This document shows, in pieces, positions 1-9,843 of a stretch of DNA of 32,320 nucleotides. How positions within the stretch are numbered: position 1 is the stretch's first letter; the number at the start of each line of letters is the position of its first letter. A program made the position numbers and the translations under genes. Source of the stretch: a virus (lineage: Duplodnaviria; Heunggongvirae; Uroviricota; Caudoviricetes); the IMG/VR virus record IMGVR_UViG_3300044557_000292, positions 387,388 to 419,707 of that record, one strand, 5' to 3'. The notes under the pieces were generated by a model, which was not told the DNA's origin, did no database searches, and worked only from the letters and a program-made list of their open reading frames with translations.

Positions 1-81
1 CTCCTCTATAGTTACAAGCTAATTTTGTAATTACAGATAGAATCTATCACATCTTATTCGGAGGATGAACTGTAGGTTTCA

Positions 82-1113
<1,032 letters not shown>

Positions 1114-1195
1114 TTATTACCTTATCTTTCTTTTAATAGAAAGATATATTCTAAACCCGTTTCTCATAGTACTGCTTGACCATCAATCATCACAT

Positions 1196-1265
1196 GAGCA
1201 CCCCGATCGTCAGCACTCTGTTCTACTGAGACCACGGTTCCCAACCCCAGTGCGGTGGGGTGCTC
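1196..1265. other. Intergenic structured element closed by a 9-bp inverted repeat
   Basis: GAGCACCCC (1196-1204) pairs with GGGGTGCTC (1257-1265). Nested GCACT/AGTGC pairing. Function unknown. Confidence 0.4.
1202..1226. repeat. Dispersed intergenic motif, copy 1 (copy 2 at 19938-19964)
   Basis: CCCGATCGTCAGCAC-T-CTGTTCTAC versus CCCGATCGTTAGCAC-CAG-CTGTTCTAC. Confidence 0.7.
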
Positions 1266-1269
1266 GTTA

Positions 1270-1285
1270 GTGCACATTTGTGCAC
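1270..1285. promoter_or_regulatory. Operator-like palindrome
   Basis: GTGCACA-TT-TGTGCAC has perfect 7-bp arms and lies between divergent genes. Confidence 0.4.
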
Positions 1286-1305
1286 ATCCCACAAGCAGGA
1301 CATGC

Positions 1306-1333
1306 AGGTTCAACCCCGCAACGCGAAGACTCA
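1306..1333 (-). repeat. Solitary degenerate CRISPR repeat (array-type)
   Basis: AGGTTCAACCCCGCAACGCG matches 19 of the first 20 nt of the array repeat AGGTTCAACCCCGCAATGCG. The GGGG stem arm is lost (GAAG). Confidence 0.65.
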
Positions 1334-1375
1334 AGGCAACACGCGCGCCATGAGAACAACAAGCTGCGTGTCTTG

Positions 1376-1384
1376 TGTTATAAT
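1376..1384 (+). promoter_or_regulatory. Extended -10 promoter TGTTATAAT
   Basis: Perfect TGnTATAAT 24 nt upstream of the ORF at 1409. The same motif occurs at 9894-9902 (-) and 30531-30539 (+). Confidence 0.65.
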
Positions 1385-1408
1385 GAAATTGTTCTCAATC
1401 ATATGTGA

Positions 1409-1723
1409 ATGGAGTTTACCGTGATTACACTGCTTACCGCAATCCAGGTCGTCCTCATCTCGGTATTGTCGGGATTGTCGATCTTCCTCTTCCGTGGAAC
1501 TAGGAATGCCATCAAGTTCCATGACGTGAGAGTGTCGATTGGAATTGGCGCGTTATTCACCATCACGTTCGCCGTCTTCGTCTTAGCCACCTCACGCATT
1601 CTGAGCAGCCAGTACGGATGGATCATTGTGCTCAGCGGATTAATTGTAGGATTCGTATTCTTCCTCTCCATGGTCTCAATTGTCCACGATTACCTCGTGA
1701 GTCATAAGATCATTGCTGAGTAA
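1409..1723 (+). CDS. Small membrane protein (about 3 TM helices)
   Basis: 104 aa with three hydrophobic stretches, directly downstream of the promoter. Confidence 0.65.
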   Translation: MEFTVITLLTAIQVVLISVLSGLSIFLFRGTRNAIKFHDVRVSIGIGALFTITFAVFVLATSRILSSQYGWIIVLSGLIVGFVFFLSMVSIVHDYLVSHKIIAE

Positions 1724-1762
1724 TCGTCTGCAATGATCTGAAAGGCCTCAAGCGGGAAAGGA

Positions 1763-2209
1763 TTGGATCTTATGAACATCGTTTTTGATCGAACACTCAT
1801 CATATCAAGTGGAGATGATCATCCTCCCATTCCGGGGATTAGAATCATGTCCACAGGATCATTCATGGGCGTCCGTTACGTTATAGCAGAATCTCCGCTC
1901 ACCGGGCCGCATAACCCGAATGGGTACGTTAGGCTACCTGACGGTCATCCGTGGAGTCATAAAGATCCATCTGATATTGAGGTTGACGTTCACGGGGGAA
2001 TCACGTACGGCCCTGTGGAAGGATGGATAGGATTCGATACGGCTCATTGGAGTGACGATATGGGGGCTCTGGATCCTAGGAATCATCATAATCCTATTGA
2101 TGATTTGTTTCCTTATATCGGACCGGATCCATCCCTGAATCAATGGAATGAGGACAAAGTGAGAGATGAGGTTAAGCATCTCATCACGCAGATCGTCTAT
2201 TACGAGTGA
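1763..2209 (+). CDS. Conserved phage-type hypothetical protein
   Basis: Contains NGYV..P..HPW..DVHGGITY..WIGFDTAH, a pattern typical of a common phage hypothetical family. ATG at 1772 after AAAGGA is the likelier start. Confidence 0.7.
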   Translation: MDLMNIVFDRTLIISSGDDHPPIPGIRIMSTGSFMGVRYVIAESPLTGPHNPNGYVRLPDGHPWSHKDPSDIEVDVHGGITYGPVEGWIGFDTAHWSDDMGALDPRNHHNPIDDLFPYIGPDPSLNQWNEDKVRDEVKHLITQIVYYE

Positions 2210-2298
2210 TCTTACTGTTAGCATGAATTCAGATTTGCTCAATCTGAATTGATATTTTATAGTCATTCCTTGGAAACTATATAGGAGGGTTAGAAGAC

Positions 2299-2973
2299 AT
2301 GAGCAATCAACAGGAGGATAATGGAAGGGTCACCATCCTGATCGACTTTGATGGCGTGCTGAACGCTTTCCCTGACGATAAGTCCATGCGGAGGGGAGGA
2401 TTCTCTGATACGGTGTCAAAATGGAGGGATGATAATCCGCGCAAGAAGCTCTACGCTCCAGACCATGCGTTCAAGCCCGCCAGGAAGGCCATCATCCACT
2501 TCGGAGACGCCAGGGCGAGGATAAGATGGTCCGGGGAGCTTGTCACCGAGCTGCTTGGATTAGACGCTGATTGGAGGTGGCTGTCCACATGGCAGCCGTT
2601 CATCGAGTCAGACGTGAACCCAGCGCTCGGCCTCAATGGTAATCCAAAGGTGACGAACGCTCAATGGTATCGTTACAGTCCGTTCGGATCTACTCCACTC
2701 CACGGTAAGGAAGACTACGTGGGCAAGTGGATTGTTGAGCATCCTGGAGATCCAGTGATCTGGGTTGATGATGAGGATGCTGACGCGCACGCGTGGAATA
2801 GGATCAAGCAGAGGTTCGGTGAAGACTATCCCATACTAGTGGTGAATCCTAACAGTGAGATTGGTATCAGTCGACCGCAACTAGAACTCATGAAGAGCTT
2901 TACCATTAACCAAGATCCCGGGTTCACGAGTGAGGCTTGGCTCGACTGGGATGGAGCTCATCTGGGATTCTGA
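2299..2973 (+). CDS. HAD-superfamily phosphatase (Swiss-Army-Knife RNA-repair-like)
   Basis: Motif I ILIDFDGVLN and C-terminal VIWVDDED. GGAGG RBS. Confidence 0.75.
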   Translation: MSNQQEDNGRVTILIDFDGVLNAFPDDKSMRRGGFSDTVSKWRDDNPRKKLYAPDHAFKPARKAIIHFGDARARIRWSGELVTELLGLDADWRWLSTWQPFIESDVNPALGLNGNPKVTNAQWYRYSPFGSTPLHGKEDYVGKWIVEHPGDPVIWVDDEDADAHAWNRIKQRFGEDYPILVVNPNSEIGISRPQLELMKSFTINQDPGFTSEAWLDWDGAHLGF

Positions 2974-3013
2974 TAAGCATCATTTCCGTAAGAACCTTAA
3001 AGGTAGGAATCAG

Positions 3014-4087
3014 CTACTCGCCAGCCTTTGACCCCCGAACTTGAAACTCACTGATGAACCTCTTCCACTGTCCCGTGCGATCATCATACCTCACGCGATT
3101 ACCATTAGACGTAATGAACTCCCCCGGCTTGTCAGAATCCTCACGCCATCCCCGCTGATCCATATCGGGATAGTACGATGAGGGCTTGCTGAGATCCATA
3201 TGAGATCGCAATACTCTCACCCCGTTGACCTTCTCACGATTCCAATTGGAATCAATGAATGATGACGGGCGCTCGGACTGGTGATCTGATGGTATCTGGT
3301 TATGACTGCTGGTAAGATGCTCTAGCCGTAACGCCTTCTTGTAATCGTCAGCATTGATCCTAGCACTCTTCAATGAGTCCTTAATATAGTGATCATCGCT
3401 CTTAGATGCATCCATAATGATCTTCTTATAGACAAGATTAGCATGATCAATATCATCAGCAATCATTGATGCGTCATCACCGGTAAGTCCATGCTGCTCA
3501 ACGTAATGCGACCCGCTCTCATAGAAGTCGGCGGATGAAGCCCACTGGACGATCTCCCGCTTCAACTGCGTTCTATCATCTTCCTCATCTTCTTCTACAG
3601 GAGCAGTTGTGTTGAAACGACCCCACACCTTCTTCATATTGTCTACTGATCCGAGACCATTCTCGCTATCCATGATCGTTTCGAGCTCACGTGGAGCTCC
3701 ATTCTCTGACATGAATTTCCTATACTCTTCATTCATGCGTTGCTTTCCATGATCCGGGTCTTCTGGACTATATCCCATAGCTCGAAACTCATATGCCTTC
3801 TCAGCAAGATTCTGATAATCGTCCTCGGTTATCTTATGCCCTAATTCTGCCTTTTCCTGCAATGATCTCAACGAGACGCCGCCCCGCGCCTCCTGTGCGC
3901 ATCTATTCCAAATCTCGGCGGACTCATAATCCGCGAAGTCGCGGTGAACCTCATCACCGCCAACCGGGCAAGCCCTCTTCTCCGCATGGCATGGTCTCAT
4001 GTAAGCATGACCATTCCTATTCATAGACATATGACAGCGGATCAGATACCTCCTGAGATACATCTTCATTAAAGATTTACTTGACAA
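3014..4087 (-). CDS. Hypothetical protein with N-terminal C-x-A-x4-CP-x6-H module
   Basis: 357-aa ORF containing RCHMSMNRNGHAYMRPCHAEKRACPVGGDEVH. The true start is uncertain. Confidence 0.7.
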   Translation of the reverse strand: MSSKSLMKMYLRRYLIRCHMSMNRNGHAYMRPCHAEKRACPVGGDEVHRDFADYESAEIWNRCAQEARGGVSLRSLQEKAELGHKITEDDYQNLAEKAYEFRAMGYSPEDPDHGKQRMNEEYRKFMSENGAPRELETIMDSENGLGSVDNMKKVWGRFNTTAPVEEDEEDDRTQLKREIVQWASSADFYESGSHYVEQHGLTGDDASMIADDIDHANLVYKKIIMDASKSDDHYIKDSLKSARINADDYKKALRLEHLTSSHNQIPSDHQSERPSSFIDSNWNREKVNGVRVLRSHMDLSKPSSYYPDMDQRGWREDSDKPGEFITSNGNRVRYDDRTGQWKRFISEFQVRGSKAGE

Positions 4088-4164
4088 AATCTATCAATGG
4101 TAAGATATTTGTTCAGATTAGAAGAGATTTAATAGAACTGTTAACTATCATATACTTGATTCTT

Positions 4165-4914
4165 TTATCGTCGTGCGTGTCGGTACTCATCTGTACCCTG
4201 CATGATAGCCGTGAGCATGATGCCTGCAGCTCCAGCGATGGCTGCTGAGGACAGAGTCGACTTCCTCATGACCGCACTCTTCATCTCATTATTGAACTGT
4301 TCAGTCTTACTGGGATTCCCAGGTAGCTCGACGTTCTCAAGACCACCACTGGATGCCGTCAGGTATACTTTCCCATCATTTGACCTAACATGATAGACGA
4401 TATCCTCAGTCCCGGTCTTTAGCCTGTTCTGGCTATGGACCGTGACCTTCTTACCGTCTGGGGGCTTAACCGTGTTCTCATACCCGGTCTTCTTCTGCTG
4501 GACGCGATGAGAGAATACTCTTCCCTTCATGATGATCGTGTGCTTAGCGGTCTCATTATAGGAAGACGGTGTAGACGCGGCTTGGACGATCTCAACTGGT
4601 TGACTGACCTCGGTAGTGTTGACTGCGTTCACGAGTGATCCACCCAGGAGACCAGCTACGGCAAGACCAACACCCGCAACGGCCATGGTCTTCAGACTGT
4701 AATTCTCCCCTACCGAGAATGATTTCTTAAGATCCTTCAACTTACTCAAGATTGGCTGGTGACGCCTGTAGTATCGTCTGGACTCCTTCTCCGCGGCGAT
4801 ATACGCTAGGGCGAGATTATCATAATGCTTACTCTTGAATGGGCATTGACCCTTCTCCGCCCTGCACTCGCCAACGATTCCATTAGGAGAAATGTGGTAT
4901 AACGGTTTGTTCAT
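4165..4914 (-). CDS. Membrane protein with N-terminal Cys/His module and two TM segments
   Basis: Begins LYHISPNGIVGECRAEKGQCPFKSKH. Hydrophobic helices near residues 78-98 and at the C-terminus. Confidence 0.75.
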   Translation of the reverse strand: MNKPLYHISPNGIVGECRAEKGQCPFKSKHYDNLALAYIAAEKESRRYYRRHQPILSKLKDLKKSFSVGENYSLKTMAVAGVGLAVAGLLGGSLVNAVNTTEVSQPVEIVQAASTPSSYNETAKHTIIMKGRVFSHRVQQKKTGYENTVKPPDGKKVTVHSQNRLKTGTEDIVYHVRSNDGKVYLTASSGGLENVELPGNPSKTEQFNNEMKSAVMRKSTLSSAAIAGAAGIMLTAIMQGTDEYRHARR

Positions 4915-5047
4915 ATCAGATCCTTAAGCTCCCATTCATCTAATATTCCACATGAGAATGGAATTACTAATTATTACGCATTTGTGCATGTTAGTTAACT
5001 TTCACATACGATCTAACTATCTTTAGATTAGAGGAATGACCGTTAAT

Positions 5048-5440
5048 CTACTTAGTGTTCGGCTTGATCTTCGTGAGAGTAAGACTCATGATGAGGGATG
5101 CTACGTAATCCCTGATCTCGTTAGCGGTAGCATCAGTGTCCCCCAGTATCGTGGACAGCGTCCTCACGGCGACGGCCCTCACGTCATCGCTATCATCAAG
5201 ACCGAGATCGGACAGCGACCTCCGCCATCCTGTGGCCATGTTGAGCAGCTTGATCTTATCATTCCTTGACGCGGCCTTGCCCAACTGGGTGAGCCGTTTC
5301 CTCACCGAGTTCAGATAATCGTCCGTAAGAGACCCATCACCGTTATGATCTTCCGGCCTATCGTGGAAAAGATTGCTGTCATTGTCTTCACTACTATCAT
5401 CACTCATAAGCATAAGATATTCGTCTGCGAGCAGATCCAA
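5048..5440 (-). CDS. Hypothetical helical protein
   Basis: 130-aa ORF co-oriented with its neighbours. TTG start is uncertain. Confidence 0.5.
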   Translation of the reverse strand: MDLLADEYLMLMSDDSSEDNDSNLFHDRPEDHNGDGSLTDDYLNSVRKRLTQLGKAASRNDKIKLLNMATGWRRSLSDLGLDDSDDVRAVAVRTLSTILGDTDATANEIRDYVASLIMSLTLTKIKPNTK

Positions 5441-5462
5441 TACTCAAGCATTTGTGATCAAA

Positions 5463-5518
5463 CGAACTTGAGCTCACTGATGAGCCCCTTCCATTGACCA
5501 GTACGATCATCGTCCTCA
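5463..5518 (-). pseudogene. Frameshifted relic of the C-terminus of ORF 3014-4087
   Basis: 48/58 identity to 3036-3093 with two 1-nt deletions. Still encodes DDRTGQWKGLISE versus DDRTGQWKRFISE. Confidence 0.5.
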
Positions 5519-8500
5519 TGATCGTTTGACCAACTGCGAGAGCGACGATCGCATTTTTGAAGATATCCTCACGCTAGACGTGATAGCGTCATCTCTTACT
5601 GACGCCTTCATACTGCCGTCCATGATTGACCTCACGTCAGCGTCAAGCGCTTCCTCCCTGAACAATCCCATGTCATTGACCAATCGTCGACCTGCTTCTC
5701 TCCCTCCCCACGTGTCAAATATCGAGTGGAATCCACTAGTGCTAATCATCATGCTCTTGTACAGTCCGACCACGATGCTATCATCTTTGAGAGCATCATC
5801 TATCCTCGATTCAACCGTGTGGTACTGCGGTGTAAGCTCATATCCACGTCCGCGGAGCATGTTCATCAACGGCCGTATGACCTGTGCTGGTTTGACTCCA
5901 TCGGAAAGGCCGGGTATCACGTCATCATGATTGTTGGCAGAAACCAACCCCAGGGTGACGAGATCCCTATTCCTCATGATGATGCCCCTCATAGCGTCCA
6001 CGTCACCGCTAGTGACCCTATGGGCTTTCCTGTGAATGATGCCAGACTCGGATAGATCGCTGATAATAGAACTGTTCAGAGATGACACGTCTCCAGACTT
6101 GAGGGCAGACGCCACAATGCGACCCTCCTGTCTGATCTTCTCCAGCTCAAGCGCGTTAGCGTGATTGTTGACCACGTTCTGCGCTATCAGCCAGCTATCG
6201 TCATCTTGCCTATTAGATGAAGATCCACTCCCCCTCTTCTTTGATATAGCCGAGGCCTTCTCGTTCACGTATGACCTCAGCATGGACATCTTCTCCCTCT
6301 GTGATGCATCCCTGTACCCAGTGAAACCGGAATTCGTCTCCTTCCTCATAGCCTGATCAGCACTGTCTAGAATCGATGCCGTCACAAGATCCTCAGTGCT
6401 AGTGATCGATCCAGTGGAGAGGTCAGACGCTAGTCGTGAGCCGATCACCGAACCATTCTCATCATACATCTTAACCGTGGTGTCATCTGGCTCGATCCTC
6501 ATCCCCTTCAGGGTCTTGGCCGTAACGCTCCTCTCGAATCTTGTCACGCCGTACAGTGTAGACAGAGTGAGTCCAGGATGCAGCTCTTGATCGTTGCCGT
6601 CGATAGCCCGTGGAATGATCACGTGGCCAGTTACCTTACCAGGATCTTTAGGGTCAATCCGGGACGCTCTTCCAATAGCCTGGGTGATGGCTCGCTCTGA
6701 TGTCTTCCCCTTGTCACCAATGACCACGGTGTCGATCGTATCCACGGACACGCCCTCGCTCAGGATGTCCACGTTGGCCATAATGTTCTTATGCGGATCC
6801 CACCCCCTCGTATTCCTACGAGCCCTCGTGAAGAACTTGCCGATCTTATCAGGTTTACGCTCCCCCTCGGTTGACTCTGAGGTCACTGAGGTGACGTTCG
6901 CGTTCATGGCGAGCAGGTGCAGCCTGGCTGCCCTCCTCCTACCCGGGTCACTGGAATCCCTGTCGATCATGGCCTGCCTGTCCGTGATATCACCAGACAT
7001 GCTCATGACCACATTCTTGAAATGATCCCTGAAATCGTTTGACCTCCTGATTCCACCACTGCCACCTCCGCAGTACGCTAGAACATTATGGCTGGGATTC
7101 ACTCCATCATCTTGATCTGACACTAGAGCGTTAGCCGTGGAGACTATGCTAGCATACGTGTCCACATCCATTCCACGTCTATGAGGGCTATACGCCTCAT
7201 TAGCCGCACGTGGATCCCTATCTGGCGCAATATAATCCCCATTATCATCAACGAGCCCAGATTCCAATTGTCCTCCCGGCTTCTTACTCCCGCCACCGAT
7301 CCTCACCGGAATCATCTGGTAGTCAGCGCCTGCGAGATCATGATGGTCAACGGCTTCATTCTTCGATATGAACCCGCTGACGCGCCCAACCACGGCTGAA
7401 TCAGTGGAGTACACGACCATCCTGGCGCGATCATCATCATCCATCTCTAGCGCCCTTCTCTTAAGATCATCAATGGCCGTATCTTGACTCTTCACGTCAG
7501 GCGGCTGATCACTTGTGGACTCCTGGATGACGGGGGTTGCTGTCATGTAGAGTCGATGAGACGCGAGCATTGATCCTGGTATCCTGTTATCAAAGCTCCT
7601 GTAGCTCTGGACGCCCTCGTCAACCGGATCATTAACAGCGTCACCATCGTCAACCGCATCCTCATCATCGGCAGGACCGCTCGACCCGGTGGTCTTACTA
7701 GGAGCATTCCTCTGACCTAGAATATTATGGGCTTCATCATTGATGAGCAGGACAGCCTCCGCGTTCAGATGGTCTTCCTCAGCGATCTGATTCTGTATCT
7801 GCGCAATGCGACCAGAACTACGGTACGTTGACACGAGTATGATCCTCCGACCATGCATCATGTCATCAAGCATCCTCTCCTTGATGATGCTATTCGATAT
7901 CTTACCGTTCTTATCCTGGACTTCCTTAGATGACGTGTCAATCTCGATCACGTCCACATCGTGCCCGCCATCCCTTATAGCGGCCGACTTCTCGTAATCC
8001 TTACTCGTACTATCGGCTAGAGCGACGGAACTCGTGAGCACAATACCAATACCGGTGGAGCCCGGCTCGCCCATCATCCTAGCCATGAGCTGCCTGCCCA
8101 TGTACGACTTACCGGTTCCACACGCGGCCACAAGCTGCGTCTTCCCCTCTTCATGGAGAGCGTTGGCCGTCTCATCCATTGGTCCAGGCTGGATGTCCTT
8201 TGGAGGCCATTCGCCCCTAGGAGTCATGTGACCATCGCCATCATCTTCCATACCAAGATTACCGTAATAGTAACCATTTCTGAACATGGAGCCATCCCAC
8301 GATCCGTCTTGAGGATCTTTGTCATTGACCCCGCGCTTACGCAATGTTTGATCGCGACCTACTCTAGAATAGGCGGCCTCATTCCTCTCCTCGGCCATCC
8401 CCCTGGTAAGAAGCTCATGGGAGGAATGGGGGCACCTGTACTTGCCGACGTTCTCTGGCCTAGCATTGCACGGACTCCAGGTGCCGTCGGGATTCTCACC

Positions 8501-8623
8501 ATACCTCTGCTTCACGTCTTCCCCTCGCTGTACGGGATGACGCTCGTCATGACTAGAAGAATGTTCTCGTAACGTTGCCTCAACCTTCTTCATAACAGCC
8601 ATGACCTCCTCAATACTGAGCAC
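5516..8623 (-). CDS. SF2 DEAD/DEAH-box helicase-like ATPase (ResIII / Type ISP-like helicase core) with N-terminal Cys/His module
   Basis: Motifs AACGTGKS (I), NDEAH (II), MTATP (III), ILSEGV (V) and QAIGRASR (VI). No methyltransferase or nuclease motif was recognised. Confidence 0.85.
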   Translation of the reverse strand: MLSIEEVMAVMKKVEATLREHSSSHDERHPVQRGEDVKQRYGENPDGTWSPCNARPENVGKYRCPHSSHELLTRGMAEERNEAAYSRVGRDQTLRKRGVNDKDPQDGSWDGSMFRNGYYYGNLGMEDDGDGHMTPRGEWPPKDIQPGPMDETANALHEEGKTQLVAACGTGKSYMGRQLMARMMGEPGSTGIGIVLTSSVALADSTSKDYEKSAAIRDGGHDVDVIEIDTSSKEVQDKNGKISNSIIKERMLDDMMHGRRIILVSTYRSSGRIAQIQNQIAEEDHLNAEAVLLINDEAHNILGQRNAPSKTTGSSGPADDEDAVDDGDAVNDPVDEGVQSYRSFDNRIPGSMLASHRLYMTATPVIQESTSDQPPDVKSQDTAIDDLKRRALEMDDDDRARMVVYSTDSAVVGRVSGFISKNEAVDHHDLAGADYQMIPVRIGGGSKKPGGQLESGLVDDNGDYIAPDRDPRAANEAYSPHRRGMDVDTYASIVSTANALVSDQDDGVNPSHNVLAYCGGGSGGIRRSNDFRDHFKNVVMSMSGDITDRQAMIDRDSSDPGRRRAARLHLLAMNANVTSVTSESTEGERKPDKIGKFFTRARRNTRGWDPHKNIMANVDILSEGVSVDTIDTVVIGDKGKTSERAITQAIGRASRIDPKDPGKVTGHVIIPRAIDGNDQELHPGLTLSTLYGVTRFERSVTAKTLKGMRIEPDDTTVKMYDENGSVIGSRLASDLSTGSITSTEDLVTASILDSADQAMRKETNSGFTGYRDASQREKMSMLRSYVNEKASAISKKRGSGSSSNRQDDDSWLIAQNVVNNHANALELEKIRQEGRIVASALKSGDVSSLNSSIISDLSESGIIHRKAHRVTSGDVDAMRGIIMRNRDLVTLGLVSANNHDDVIPGLSDGVKPAQVIRPLMNMLRGRGYELTPQYHTVESRIDDALKDDSIVVGLYKSMMISTSGFHSIFDTWGGREAGRRLVNDMGLFREEALDADVRSIMDGSMKASVRDDAITSSVRISSKMRSSLSQLVKRS

Positions 8624-8675
8624 AAGCTCCTAATCCGACTCGACAGCATCTGATAATGCCATCGAATCTGGCATG

Positions 8676-8720
8676 GTAACGCGCATTGACATATTCTCAT
8701 TTTATGTCAATGCACGTTAC
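8676..8720. terminator. Long hairpin (terminator or operator)
   Basis: GTAACGCGCATTGACATA / TATGTCAATGCACGTTAC gives a 17/18 bp stem with a 9-nt loop, between the DUF4238-like gene and the helicase. No U tract. Confidence 0.5.
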
Positions 8721-8759
8721 GACATACTAGAATCGTTACCGTCAGACTAAATCTATCAA

Positions 8760-9806
8760 CTATGATAGTGGAAGATCCTTCCTTGGAATCCACACGGGGG
8801 AGGACGGGGCCCACGGAACATCCTCCATATCCATGATGAGACCAGCATCCGTTCCATGGATGAGGTCAAACAGCACGTCATCATCTGGGAGCACAAGATA
8901 GGGAGGCCTCCAGGTGACCTGTGACCCGAACGCCTTGATGGCATCATATGGTCCACTCGCCCCATCAAGATCAAACTCCCCGCTAGAAGCAAGATACGCG
9001 ATCGGGTACGTCCAGTTCCATATCGCTCGCATGGGAAGCCATTCCGTCAGCCATCTCATGAACCCGTGGTCCACGTTCAGGGGAGCATAGTTGATCGCGT
9101 CATCCCTATTAGACGCGGTCACCTGGTGGGCTTGCTTCGATATGAGATTATTCGCTATGTGAGCATCCCTGCTCACGGACCTCAGGGTGAAGTTATCCCT
9201 GAACTGGATAAGCGTCTTACCATTCAAAGACGTATCGGGCCATGAGACCACGAGCATCGCGTTACTCGATATAGGGATGAGGAGTTTGTCATCATCAGCA
9301 TCCCACGCATACCCCGAGTCATTCAAGATGAAGTTCCTGTTCGTCCTCATGATAGCAATGCTAGCCGTGGAGAGAGCGGTCAGGGTGGCCGCGAAGATCA
9401 TGATTCTCGTCGCATCCGGATCTAGCTGATAGCAGCAACGATACCATTCCGTGCGTGAGAACTCGTAGTGGGCGAACCTGTCCCTGGCAACGAGCCCAGC
9501 TATATAGGGCTTGAGGGAGAACCAGTACGACTTACCGTTGATCGAGTTGCCACCAGCCCGTATCGTACCTATGACGTTAGATGCGAACCCCTCATAACCC
9601 CTCCAGGAGTCATCGAGATCCTTACCGTAGATGTTATTCTCCCAGTAGTACTTACCGCTAGCCCCGGAGTGAATGATCAGCCCGTCCATCGTGTTGATCC
9701 ATGCTGAGTTATCGTCATCATTGAACCCGCTGACGATGAACCTGGGCACAACGTGCTGTCGATTGCATACGGGAGTAATGACGCCGTGGCTCCTCTTTAT
9801 AGACAT
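8760..9806 (-). CDS. DUF4238-like protein
   Basis: N-terminal RQHVVPRFIVSGF resembles the HYVPxFYLxxF signature, and FILNDSG resembles FITSDxP. GGAGGTG RBS. Confidence 0.6.
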   Translation of the reverse strand: MSIKRSHGVITPVCNRQHVVPRFIVSGFNDDDNSAWINTMDGLIIHSGASGKYYWENNIYGKDLDDSWRGYEGFASNVIGTIRAGGNSINGKSYWFSLKPYIAGLVARDRFAHYEFSRTEWYRCCYQLDPDATRIMIFAATLTALSTASIAIMRTNRNFILNDSGYAWDADDDKLLIPISSNAMLVVSWPDTSLNGKTLIQFRDNFTLRSVSRDAHIANNLISKQAHQVTASNRDDAINYAPLNVDHGFMRWLTEWLPMRAIWNWTYPIAYLASSGEFDLDGASGPYDAIKAFGSQVTWRPPYLVLPDDDVLFDLIHGTDAGLIMDMEDVPWAPSSPVWIPRKDLPLS

Positions 9807-9843
9807 GTGAAGACACCTCCCATTATCCCTTAATCTATTCTAG

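Noticed and set aside
1196-1265. tRNA, TPP or cobalamin riboswitch upstream of nrdF
   Set aside because: GGTTC is at the wrong distance from the 3' end and there is no CCA. The GGGGTGC and CTGAGA/GGGAA elements are in the wrong order or on the wrong strand for those riboswitches.
3045-3060. Hammerhead ribozyme core CTGATGA (also at 5477)
   Set aside because: There is no stem II followed by GAAA in the required arrangement, and the sequence is explained as the reverse complement of coding ATC AGT.
4097-4108. ATGGTAAGATAT shared with 16760-16771, and CATTTGTGCA shared by 1275 and 4979
   Set aside because: These are only 10-12 nt with two copies each and inconsistent orientation to genes, so they cannot be distinguished from chance without a scan.
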